From Mobula hypostoma (lineage: Eukaryota), in the NCBI RefSeq assembly GCF_963921235.1, contig NC_086102.1:137206001-137270000 (forward strand): a stretch of DNA of 64,000 bases, read 5' to 3'. The notes beneath the pieces are model-generated. The model was given only the letters and a program-made list of their open reading frames with translations. It was not told the origin of the DNA and searched no databases. Every line of letters begins with the position of its first letter. Within the stretch, counting starts at the first letter, position 1. Of the stretch, positions 50,010 to 61,900 are shown piece by piece. Position numbers and translations under genes: made by a program.

Positions 50010-52465
50010 TACAGAAACATAGAAAATAGGTGCAGGAGTAGGCCATTCGGCCCTTCGAGCCTGCACCGCCATTTATTATGATCATGGCTGATCATCCAAC
50101 TCAGAACCCCGCCCCAGCCTTCCCTCCATACCCCCTGATCCCCGTAGCCACAAGGGCCATATCTAACTGCCTCTTAAACATAGCCAATGAACTGGCCTCA
50201 ACAGTTTCCTGTGGCAGAGAATTCCACAGATTCACCACTCTCTGTGTGAAGAAGTTGTTCCTAATCTCGGTCCTAAAAGGCTTCCCCTTTATCCTCAAAC
50301 TGTGATCCCTCGTTCTGGACTTCCCCAACATCGGGAACAATCTTCCTGCATCTAGCCTGTCCAATCCCTTTAGGATTTTATACGTCTCAATCAGATCCCC
50401 CCTCAATCTTCTAAATTCCAACGAGTACAAGCCCAGTTCATCCAGTCTTTCTTCATATGAAAGACCTGCCATCCCAGGAATCAATCTGGTGAACCTTCTT
50501 TGTAGTCCCTCTATGGCAAGGATGTCTTTCCTTAGATTAGGGGACCAAAACTGCACACAATACTCCAGGTGTGGTCTCACCAAGGCCTTGTACAACTGCA
50601 GTAGTACCACTCTGCTCCTGTACTCGAATCCTCTCGCTATAAATGCCAGCATACCATTCGCCTTTTTCACCGCCTGCTGTACCTGCATGCCCACTTTCAA
50701 TGACTGGTGTATAATGACACCCAGGTCTCGTTGCACCTCCCCTTTTCCTAATTGGCCACCATTCAGATAATAATCTGTTTTCCTATTTTTGCCACCAAAG
50801 TGGATAACTTCACATTTATCCACGTTAAATTGCATCTGCCATGAATTTGCCCACTCACCCAACCTATCCAAGTCACTCTGCATCCTCTTAACATCCTCCT
50901 CACAGCTAACACTGCCACCCAGCTTCGTGTCATCCGCAAACATGGAGATGCTGCATTTAATTCCCTCATCCAAGTCATTAATATATATTGTAAACAACTG
51001 GGGTCCCAGAGTGAGCCTTGCGGTACCCCATTAGTCACCGCCTGTCATTCTGAAAAGGTCCCGTTTATTCCCACTCTTTCCTTCCTGTCTGCTAACCAAT
51101 TCTCCATCCACATCAATACCTTACCCCCAATACCGTGTGCTTTAAGTTTGCACACTAATCTCCTGTGTGGGACCTTGTCAAAAACCTTTTGAAAATCCAA
51201 ATATACCACATCCACTGGTTCTCCCCTATCCACTCTACTAGTTACATCCTCAAAAAATTCTATGAGATTCGTCAGACATGATTTTCCTTTCACAAATCCA
51301 TGCTGACTTTGTCCGATGATTTCACCGCTTTCCAAATGTGCTGTTATCACATCTTTGATAACTGACTCCAGCAGTTTCCCCACCACCGACGTTAGGCTAA
51401 CCGGTCTATAATTCCCCGGTTTCTCTCTCCCTCCTTTTTTAAAAAGTGGGGTTACATTAGCCACCCTCCAATCCTCAGGAACTAGTCCAGAATCTAATGA
51501 GTTTTGAAAAATTATCACTAATGCATCCACTATTTCTTGGGCTACTTCCTTAAGCACTCTAGGATGCAGACCATCTGGCCCTGGGGATTTATCTGCCTTT
51601 AATCCCTTCAATTTACCTAACACCACTTCCCTACTAACAAGTATTTCGCTCAGTTCCTCCATCTCACTGGACCCTCTGTCCCCTACTATTTCTGGAAGAT
51701 TATTTATGTCCTCCTTAGTGAAGACAGAACCAAAGTAATTATTCAATTGGTCTGCCATGTCCTTGCTCCCCATAATCAATTCACCTGTTTCTGTCTGCAG
51801 GGGACCTACATTTGTCTTAACCAGTCTTTTCCTTTTTACATACCTATAAAAGCTTTTACGGTCAATTTTTATGTTCCCTGCCAGTTTTCTCTCATAATCT
51901 TTTTTCCCCTTCCTAATTAAGCCCTTTGTCCTCCTCTGCTGAACTCTGAATTTCTCCCAGTCCTCAGGTAAGCCACTTTTTCTGGCTAATTTATATGCTT
52001 CTTCTTTGGAATTGATACTATCCCTAATTTCTCTTGACAGCCACGGGTGCACTACCTTCCTTGATTTATTCTTTTGCCAAACTGGGATGAAAAATTGTTG
52101 TAGTTCATCCATGCAACCTTTAAATGCTTGCCATTGCATATCCACCGTCAATCCTTTAAGTGTCATTTGCCAGTCTATCTTAGCTAATTCACGTCTCATA
52201 CCTTCAAAGTTACCCCTCTAAGTTCAGAACCTTTGTTTCTGAATTAACTATGTCACTCTCCATCTTAATGAAGAATTCCACCATATTATGGTCACTCTTA
52301 CCCAAGGGGCCTCTCATGACAAGATTGCTAATTAACCCTTCCTCATTGCTCAAAACCCAGTCCAGAATAGCCTGCTCTCTAGTTGGTTCCTCAACATGTT
52401 GGTTCAAAAAACCATCCCGCATACATTCCAAGAAATCCTCTTCCTCAGCATCTTTACCAATTTGG
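50010..52465 (-). mobile_element. young 5'-truncated CR1 LINE, antisense in spp2 intron 4
   Basis: Long ORF2 pieces at 51045..52199 (384 aa) and 50101..50997 (298 aa) with full RT motifs (QHGF, LDFQKVFD, PQGS, FADD); only a few lesions. Confidence 0.97.
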
Positions 52466-53138
52466 TCCAGTTGTTGACCCTATGAGTATGATTTTAGAGA
52501 GGATAAGTTTTAGACAAGGTACCAACTTCTCTGCATGCCACAGAGTTTTACCTCCATTGCAGACATCTTCTGGAAATCAGCTTGGTTGACTGGCTTGCTT
52601 TAAGCTTGTAGGTGTACATTGGGAAGGAGTCTCCAAATATAATTGGTAGAAAGGAGAGATGTTTCATTCACAGATGGTCTAATGGGGGAGCTCTTTTCAA
52701 TGTATCTGACTCCGAGCATGTAAGTAAGCTTGGAAATCCATATTCCTGTGTCACAAACACTTGCCTTCCCTCTAAAGCACTGCCCATTTCCCTTCAGTGG
52801 TTGGTATTCCCAAACTCATGGAAAAATCCATTGTAGAGAAGTTAGAAGAGCAGCTTCTAGGCTCATGAGGGTATGTAAATGATCAACTCAGTTTGAACTG
52901 GGATTGTTTTAAGTACCTCATCCGCCACTCGGAAATCCAGGTGGACAAGACGCCCCCAGGCTGTGCCATCAAAAGTTTAACATCATATTTGACCCAAGTA
53001 GCTATTTCTGTGGATTGAATTTACCAGCATTGGCAAAGTTTAGAGATAAAGCATGTTTTGAACAATTAGAAAGGAATGGAAAGCATCTGAGATGGGTGGA
53101 AGTATAAGATAAACGTTGCATTAATTTATCCTTTTCAG

Positions 53139-53156
53139 ACTAAGGTCTTGGTTAAG
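53139..53156 (+). CDS. spp2: candidate spp2 microexon 5 (TKVLVK), 18 nt
   Basis: Strong acceptor TTTATCCTTTTCAG and donor AAG|GTATGT; phase 0-0; open. Supported only by splice signals and frame. Confidence 0.6.
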
Positions 53157-54216
53157 GTATGTTGAGGAATTGAATATTATGCCAATTTTGTTATGCTATA
53201 ATGTTATGAATAACTTCTAAGTCAAGCGTGCTATGGAACAAAAAAATGTAAAACTCCTTGTATCATGAGCCATCGCCATATCTTCAGTCAAGCTTAAGAT
53301 GCACTTACGTTGTTATAGCTATCTCACACAGATTTGTGTGATTTATTGGGAGATGGGGAGATAGCTGCAGTGTTTAGAGCTTAGTCATAGGATTACCATA
53401 CTTTGGGATTGCATGTGGCTGATGGAGCCCACCTGGCCCCTCAGAATGTAAAATCAGTTCAATTACACTGACAGGAAAAGAGATCCTCCCTCAAGAGCAT
53501 GTGACAATGATTTTACAGGCCTAAAGCACCAAAATATCCTCCCCTGCAATTCCAAAAGAAAGGAACTTGGATTTTAGGAGAAAAATATTGGTATTACCCC
53601 CAGGGAGCTGTCCTTAGTCACCAAAAAGAACTATCTCTTATTCTGTATTAAGAAAATCAAACTAATAAATACAAGAGAATGATATGGATTTGTATTATTA
53701 ATCCATATGATATAGAAACCTATTTTGGCTCATTGAATCAATAATCATTCTCCGAACAATCCCATTCTCCCTGTAATTTTCCTTATAATTGATTCTCCCC
53801 CCATTTTATCAATTCCCCCTATTTCCTACCACTCATTTATAGACAAAGTGTAATTTAAAACCATTTAACCTATCAACCTGCACATCTTTGAGGTGGGGAG
53901 GTAAATGGAATGCTCACAGTCACAGGGAGAACACACAAATGTCACACAGACAGCACCAGAGGCTGCAACTGAACCAGAGCTATTGGTAACACCATCCTGA
54001 CACCTATCACTATTGAGCACCCCGGACTTGGAGACAGATCAGTTCAGGAATGGGGAGTCAGGGAGCTAAGTAGATGCCTTCTGCACATGGTTTTACAAGC
54101 CTTCCTCCCAGGCCTATTTGAATCTACAGCTTGTACCAATTACTCTGCCTTGAAAAGTATTTTCTTCACAACATCTTTCTTCACTTCTAACATCAGCCTT
54201 GATGTTTTCATTGTAG

Positions 54217-54264
54217 GTCATGCACCAGAGGGGATCAAAATTTCAGGATGAGTACTACTCATCA
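54217..54264 (+). CDS. spp2: candidate spp2 exon 6 (VMHQRGSKFQDEYYSS), 48 nt
   Basis: Acceptor GTTTTCATTGTAG, donor GTAAGT at 54265; phase 0-0; open. Confidence 0.65.
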
Positions 54265-55126
54265 GTAAGTATAAATGACCATTAAAATCTGTCCAGTCAC
54301 TACATGGTGGTCACATAGCCGTGCCTCTTCCAGTTATCAAGCATCACCAGGTGCTAAAGGCGTAGACCTCTGAGAAATCCTGGGAGGCCAGTGGAGTACG
54401 AGGAGGTGGCTGAAGACCTTATTACTCATTCACAGTGTGTAGACATTGGCCATTTAACTTCCACCCCTGGGAGACAATGAACCAAATCTTTAAGCCACCG
54501 TCATGTATGCCCTTTGCACTCACGACTTAAGTAACCTGGTGGTCAATAAACATCCTCCAGTTCAAAGGGTATGTGAGTTCCTGTCTCCATGGCACAGAGT
54601 GGTGCCAATTGTCACGTCAGCAGAGAACCTTTGGTGACATTTGACATGAGTTAGAAATGCATCTCGTAAGGTATCACAGAATGGAAAGTCTCACATTGAT
54701 TACCAGGATAATGCACCCCATTTCTTTAAAATTCAGATCCCTTTGCCTTCTGTGGCACTGAGTCGTGGCACTTGTTAACTGGTTCCAGTGATACCTCCAT
54801 AGAGGCCATTATCTGAGGAGAATATTCAGACAGCGTGCTGTCAGTTGTGTGGGAGCTATACTGGAGTTCTATGCTACATCTTATTTCAGGCAGTGTCTTC
54901 CTGAGTTTGTGAGGCCACGTGGTAGAAGTGTCCCAGGCATGTACCCTCGTGGCACAAGTCATTCCAAATTAAAAGGACATCTTGTGAATACTGGTACAGT
55001 GGAGATATCATCAGATATCAAACACACTCCAATTGCTACCACTTGCCCATGGGTTGCTAATGACTAAAATGACATAGGATCCAACCATGAGACTATTGGG
55101 TTTACACTCTCTTCGCTCCACACTAG

Positions 55127-55264
55127 ATCGACTGGAATAGGCAACAACCTGATGAACACCAGCGGAACGGCTCTGCTATGGAAAAGAAAATTAACCAGAG
55201 ACAGAATATGAACCGGGGTCTGTCAACCAAGAAGATTCCACGTCGTAAACAGAGGCCGGAATAA
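55127..55264 (+). CDS. spp2: spp2-like terminal coding exon (IDWNRQQPDEHQRNGSAMEKKINQRQNMNRGLSTKKIPRRKQRPE*)
   Basis: Pyrimidine-rich acceptor CTCTCTTCGCTCCACACTAG. Open in phase 0 to TAA at 55262-55264. Arg/Lys-rich like the Spp24 C-terminus. AATAAA follows about 145 nt later. Confidence 0.75.
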   Translation: MDWNRQQPDEHQRNGSAMEKKINQRQNMNRGLSTKKIPRRKQRPE

Positions 55265-55408
55265 GCAGTCAAAATACGTACAAAACTGCATAAGTATATA
55301 CCATGCATGCTTTAAAGTAAGCAGTAGAATCTAAAAAAAATCTTAATTGTATCTTTCATTCAGTGATATAAGATACATTGCTCTTTATGTACAAGTTGAA
55401 AGCAAGAC

Positions 55409-55414
55409 AATAAA
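55409..55414 (+). terminator. polyadenylation signal AATAAA of the spp2-like gene
   Basis: First AATAAA after the stop codon; TGTA elements upstream and GT-rich sequence downstream. Confidence 0.6.
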
Positions 55415-56831
55415 GCAAGTCGATGATAGTGTGAAATGTCCTGTCACAGTTTTGTGATAACTGACAATCTGAAAATGCCCCAGACTTGTTCTCAGGCACT
55501 GAAATGAATCATAAATTAATTAATGAAGTTGAAAATATCTCAGACTATTGCCTTCAAAAGAATTCTTGGTAGATAAACCAAATCTGGAACATAAATGAAA
55601 CTAGAGTCACAGCAGGTTATATTTATAAGTTAGGTAAGAAGTGCTTCTCCTGTTAACGTTCCCATGGTTTGCGCGACCTCCTGGTCGGCTTTGGATGAGT
55701 TGAAGAGAGTGTGGAGAATTGTTTTCCAGAATGAAAATTGTTGGTCCAGAAGACTTTCTGTTTCTTGGCTTGTCCAAGCAAATTAAATGTCTGAGGTTCG
55801 AGGAGGAGGATGGAGAAGTGTAACTGGATGTGAATGCAGGAAACTGAGGCAGGAGTCAAATGCTCAGTTGGGGAGTCTGCTCCACCTTTCCACATCGTGA
55901 CTAAACCTTGGCCTCACTCCATTTCCTGACTTCATTCCTGAAAGGACTGGTTATATTTTCAGAGTCTGTCTGTTTGTCTCAAACTCATTAGCTACTACCC
56001 TATCAGTTCATTATAATAACCCATGAAAAAATGGGACAACTTATCAATGAAACTTCAGAGTTCCAGGAACTACAATGTAGTTTGTGTGATCAAAGCTCAA
56101 ATGTATCACATTATCATGGTACAGTCCAGACAGATGCCAAATCCTTTCACACGTGTATGATGATCAGAATTGCTCACACAGCTTCATGTGTGATATAACC
56201 AGGGATTAATCTGCCTATATAGCATTTCTATAGACCTCCTTCCAATATTTTGTATTAGAAGTCAAATCATAAACATGGAAACATGCTTTTAGGCCCAACT
56301 CATCAACATCAATGGATGGTACTTAACCCATCTCCCAGTACTTGGTTCATAACCTTCTATGCCAAGGTGATTCAAGTGTTTATCTAGATCTTTCTTAAAT
56401 GCTATCAGCAACCCAGTTTCAACCCTTCTCTCAGGCAGTACATTCCAGATACCACTTTCTGGGTGAAGGTCTCTTCAAACATGCCCTTGAATTCTTTTTT
56501 GCCTTTGCTAAATATATGAATTTAGAATTTAGAATCAGGTTTAATATCATCAGCATACATCATGAAACTTGTTTTTTTGGCAGCAGTACAATGCAATACA
56601 CAGTAATAAAAGCTATAAATTACAATAAATATACAGTATATAACAAAATAATTTAGTTAAGTCGTGCAAAAAGGAAGGGGAAAAATACTGAGGTAGTGTC
56701 AAAGGGTTCAATGTCCATTTAGAAATCTGATGGCAGAGGGGAAGAAGCTGTTCCTGAAACATTGAGTGCATCTCATCTAGTTTATCCACCAAAATTATAG
56801 GGAAAAATTTTCTACAATATATTCTATGTAC

Positions 56832-57130
56832 ATAGGCATCCGTTAGTCTCGTAAGACCATGGATTTGCGCCTTGGAAGGTTTCCAGGGTGCAGGCCTGGG
56901 CAAGGTTGTATGGAAGACCGGCACTTGCCCATGCTGCAAGTCTCCCCTCTCCACGCCACCGATGTTGTCCAAGGGAAGGGCACTAGGGCTGATACAGCTT
57001 GGCATCAGTGTCGTCGCAGAGCAATGTGTGGTTAGGTGCCTTGCTCAAGGACACAACACACTGCCTCAGCTGAGGCTCGAAATAGTGACCTTCAGATCAC
57101 TAGACCGACGCCTTAACCACTTGGCCACTT
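56832..57130 (-). mobile_element. tRNA-derived SINE, well preserved
   Basis: Minus-strand GTGGCCAAGTGGTTAAGGCGTC A-box head and GTGTTGTGTCCTTGAGCAAGGCAC core. Confidence 0.75.
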
Positions 57131-57239
57131 ATACTGTATGTATAGCCCTCATAATATTATATACTTCAATTGTTCCTTCTTTTAACCTCCTCCATTCCAA
57201 GGATAACAACCCAGCCTCTCCAGTTTCTGCTCATAACTC

Positions 57240-58308
57240 TTACGGCTTCATCATAAAATTATGCTGTGAACCTCCACCATCAACGCTGCCATCAACTGTA
57301 TCTCTTCCATTTCAAGCATGTCTGCTCTTACCCCATCCTCCCGCCACCCTACCAGGGATAGGGCTCTTCGTCCTCACCAGCCTCCCCATCCAGCACATAA
57401 TTCTCCGGAACTTCCGTCATCTCGAACGGGATCCCATCACCAAGCACATCTTTCCCTACCAACCCTCCACTTTCTGCTACCCGCAAGAATTGCTCTCTAG
57501 CTGACTCCCTTGTCCATTCATGACTCCCCATTGATCTCCCTCCTGCCACTTATGCTTGCACACGGAACAAGTGCTACACCTGCCCCTGCACCTCCTCCCT
57601 CACTACCATTCAGGCCCCAAACGATCCTTCCAGTTGAGGTGATACTTCACCTGTGGGTCTGTAGGTGTTATCTACTGTATCTGGGGTGCTCTCGGTGTGG
57701 CCTTCTGTATATCGGTGAGACCTGACGCAGATTGGAAGACCATTTCGCCAAGCACCTACATTCCGTCTGCCAGGAAAAGCAGGATCTCCCACTGGCCACC
57801 CATTTTAATTCCACTTCCTATTCCCATTCTGACTTGTCAGTCCATGGCCTCCTCTACTGTCGTGATGAGGCCTCATTCAGGTTGGATGAGCAACACCTTA
57901 TACAGTATTCCATCTGATAGCATGAATGTTGATTTCTCGAACTTCCAGTAACTGTCTCCCCTCCTGTCCCCATCCCTATTTCCCTCTCTCACCTTATCCC
58001 CTTACCTGCCCATCACCTCCCTCTGGTGCTCCTCCCATTTTCTTTCTTCCATGGCCTCTGTCTTCTCCTATGATTCCACTTTCTCGAGTCCTGTATCTTC
58101 TTCACCAATCAACTTCCCAGCTCTTTACTTCATTCCTCCACCCTCTATTTCACCTATCACCTTGTACTTCTTCCTCCCCTTGCCCGTCTTCCTTACTCTG
58201 ACTCCTCATCTGTTTTCTCCAGTCCCGATAAAGGGTCTCAGCATGAAATGTCGAGTGTACTCTTTTCCATAGCTGCTGCTTGGCCTGCTGGGTTCCTCCA
58301 GCATTTTG
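57240..58308 (+). mobile_element. Penelope fragment (linker, GIY-YIG, terminal repeat)
   Basis: IQHIILRNFRHLERDPITKHIFP, CSRCGLLYIGET, DLPLATHFNS. Confidence 0.9.
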
Positions 58309-58955
58309 TGAACCTCCTCCTCAACCACTCCAGGATTACTACATTCTTCCTGTAGCATGATGAACAGAACTGCATGCTGTACTTCACCTGAAGTTTTATG
58401 AAGTTGGAGCATAACTCCCTTACTTCTATATTAAATGCCCTGGCTACCTTTACAATCTGAGCAATGCCTTTGAAGGTCAGTATCCCATATGTCTTTCTAA
58501 CCACATATTCAACTTGTGTTACCACCTTCAAGGCTGTATGGATGAACTCCAATTTCCCTGTTCCTCAATACTCCTGCGACAGTATTCTAGTCCTTTTATT
58601 AAAAAGGATGGCATTCCATTTGGTAGATCAAAGGCAAGTTCACTGCTAGCCAGCAATGATGGCCCATTCTTAGTGTTCTAAATGCTTGTTAGACCACTTA
58701 AAAGGGAAAGTTACTCTTAAAGCTTGCTAAGCCACAGTTTCTTACAGGCCAGAATCAGAACTAGATTCAGTTTTATTATCAATGACGTGAAATTTATTGT
58801 TTTGTGGCATTAGTACAGTGCAACACATAAAAAGATATTATAAGTTAGAATAAGAAATATATTAAAAATAAACATATAATGAAAAAGAGCAAAAACTGAG
58901 GTAGTGTTCACAGTTTCATTGTCCATTCAGAAATCTGTTGGCAAAGGTGAAGAAA

Positions 58956-61900
58956 CTATTGGAAATTGGTAAGTATGATGTTGCGGGAATAACAGAGACA
59001 TGGCTTCAAGTGGACAGGGCCTGGGAAATGAATATTCAAGGATATACGTCCTATCAAAAGGACAGACTGATGGGCAGAGGGGGTGGGGTGGCTCTGTTGG
59101 TGAGGAATGATATTCAGTCCCTTGCGAGGGGGGACATAGAATCAGGAGACGTAGACATAGAGTCAGTATGGATAGAACTGAGAAATTCTAACAGTAGAAA
59201 GACCCTAATGGGAGTTATCTACAGGCCCCCAAACAGTAGTCTGGATGTAGGGTGTAAGTTGAATCAAGAGTTAAAATTGGCATGTCGCAAAGGTAATGCT
59301 ACAGTTGTTATGGGGGACTTCAACATGCAGGTAGACTAGAGGAATCAGGTTGGTACTGAACCCCAAGAAAGGGAGTTTGTGGAGTCCCTCTGAGGTGGAT
59401 TCTTGGAACAGCTTGTACTGGATCCTACCAGAGTGAACGCAATTCTAGATTTAGTGTTGTGCAATGAACTGGATTTGATCAGGGACCTCGAGGTAAAGGA
59501 GCCATTAGGAGGTAGTGACCATAATATGATAAGTTTTAATCTACAATTTGAGAGGGAGAAGGGAAACTCGGAAGTGTCAGTATTACAGTTGAACAAAGGG
59601 AACTATGGTGCTATGAGGGAGGAGCTGGCCAAAGTTCAATCAAACAATACCCTAGCAGGGATGACAGTGGAACAGCAATGGCAAGTGTTTCTGGGAATAA
59701 TGTGGAAGGTGCAGGATCAGTTCATTCCAAAGAGGAAGAAAGATCCTAAGGGGAGTAAGGGGAGGACGTGGCTGACAAGGGAAGTAATGGACAGTATAAA
59801 AATAAAAGAGAAGAAGTACAACATAGCAAAGATGAGTGGGAAGCTGGAAGATTGGGAAACTTTTAAAGACCAACAGAAGGTAACTAAAAAGGCAATACGC
59901 AGAGAAAAAATGAGGTACAAAGGTAAACTAGCCAAGAATATAAAGGAGGATAGTAAAAGCTTCTTTAGGTATGTGAAAAGGAAAAAAATAGTTAAGACCA
60001 AAATTGGGCCCTTGAAGACAGAAGCGGATGAATTTATTATGGGGAACAAGGAAATGGCAGACGAGTTGAAACAGGTACTTTGGATCTGTCTTCACTAGGG
60101 AAGACACAATCTCCCAGATGTAATAGTGGCCAAAGGACCTAGAGTAATGGATGAATTACTCTAATGAATTAGGAAGCAAGGATCAGATGGGTCTATTGAG
60201 GAATATAGGGAAGCAAGAAAGGAGCTTAAGAAGGGGCTGAGAAGAGCAAGAAGGGGGCATGAGAAGGCCTTGGCAGGTAGGGTAAAGGAAAACCCCAAGG
60301 CATTCTTCAATTATGTGAAGAAAAAAAGGATGACAGGAGTAAAAGTAGGACCGATTAGAGATAAAGGTGGGAAGATGTGCCTGGAGGCTGTGGAAGTGAG
60401 CGAGGTCCTCAATGAATACTTCTCTTCGGTATTCACCAATGAGAGGGAACTTGATGATGGTGAGGACAATATGAGTGAGGTTGATGTTCTGGAGCATGTT
60501 GATATTAAGGGAGAGGAGGTGTTGGAGTTGTTAAAATACATTAGGACAGATAAGTCCCCGGGGCCTGACGGAATATTCCCCAGGCTGCTCCACGAGGCGA
60601 GAGAAGAGATTGCTGAGCCTCTGGCTAGGATCTTTATGTCCTCGTTGTCCATGGGAATGGTACCGGAGGATTGGAGGGAGGCGAATGTTGTTCTCTTGTT
60701 CAAAAAAGGTAATAGGGATAGTCCAGGTAATTATAGACCAGTGAGCCTTACATCTGTGGTGGGAAAGCTGTTGGAAAAGATTCTTAGAGATAGGATCTAT
60801 AGGCACTTAGTGAATTATGGTCTGATCAGGGACAGTCAGCATGGCTTTGTGAAGGGCAGATGGTGTCTAACAAGCCTGATAGAGTTCTTTGAGGAGGTGG
60901 CCAGGCATATAGATGAGGGTAGTGCAGTGGATGTGATCTATATGGATTTTAGTAAGGCACTTGACAAGGTTCCACACGGTAGGCTTATTCAGAAAGTTAG
61001 AAGGCATGGGATCCAGGGAAGTTTGGCCAGGTGGATTCAGAATTGGCTTGCCTGCAGAAGGCAGAGGGTGGTGGTGGAGGGAGTACACTCAGATTGGAGA
61101 TTGTGACTAGTAGTGTCCCACAAGGTTCTGTTCTGGGACCTCTACTTTTCGTGATTTTTATTAACGACCTGGATGTGGGGGTAGAAGGGTGGGTTGGCAA
61201 GTTTGCAGACGACACAAAGGTTGGTGGTATTGTAGATAGTGTAGAGGATTGTCAAAGATTGCAGAGAGACATTAATAGGATGCAGAAGTGGGCTGAGAAG
61301 TGGCAGATGGAGTTCAACCCGGAGAAGTGTGAGGTGGTACACTTTGGAAGGACAAACTCCAAGGCAGAGTACAAAGTAAATGGCAGGATACTTGGTAGTG
61401 TGGAGGAGCAGAGGGATCTCGGGGTACATGTCCACAGATCCCTGAAAGTTGTCTCACAGGTGGATAGGGTAGTTAAGAAAGCTTATGGGGTGTTAGCTTT
61501 CATAAGTCAGGGGATAGAGTTTAAGAGTCACGATGTAATGATGCAGCTCTATAAAACTCTGGTTAGGCCACACTTGGAGTACTGTGTCCAGTTCTGGTCA
61601 CCTCACTATAGGAAGGATGTGGAAGCATTGGAAAGGGTACAGAGGAGATTTGCCAGGATGCTGCCTGGTTTAGAAAGTATGCATTATGATCAGAGATTAA
61701 GGGAGCTAGGGCTTTACTCTTTGGAGAGAAGGAGGATGAGAAGAGACATGATAGAGGTGTACAAGATAATAAGAGGAATAGATAGAGTGGATAGCCAGCG
61801 CCTCTTCCCCAGGGCACCACTGCTCAATACAAGAGGACATGGCTTTAAGGTAAGGGGTGGGAAGTTCAAGGGGGATATTAGAGGAAGGTTTTTTACTCAG

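Noticed and set aside
52674-52719. Possible extra spp2 exon (CACAG|ATGGTC...CAT|GTAAGT)
   Set aside because: Stop codon in the required phase 0 (ATG GTC TAA) and 46 nt is not frame-preserving; at most a cryptic or poison exon.
46092-55264. Calling the gene a cathelicidin
   Set aside because: It shares the cathelin fold, but the signal peptide is on its own phase-1 exon, the mature N-terminus is IPVFDF, a Ser cluster ends in SSEE, and there are more than four exons. These fit spp2 better.
56872-57504. 210-aa ORF
   Set aside because: Reads through an antisense SINE, CR1 scraps and a Penelope fragment; a chimeric chance frame.
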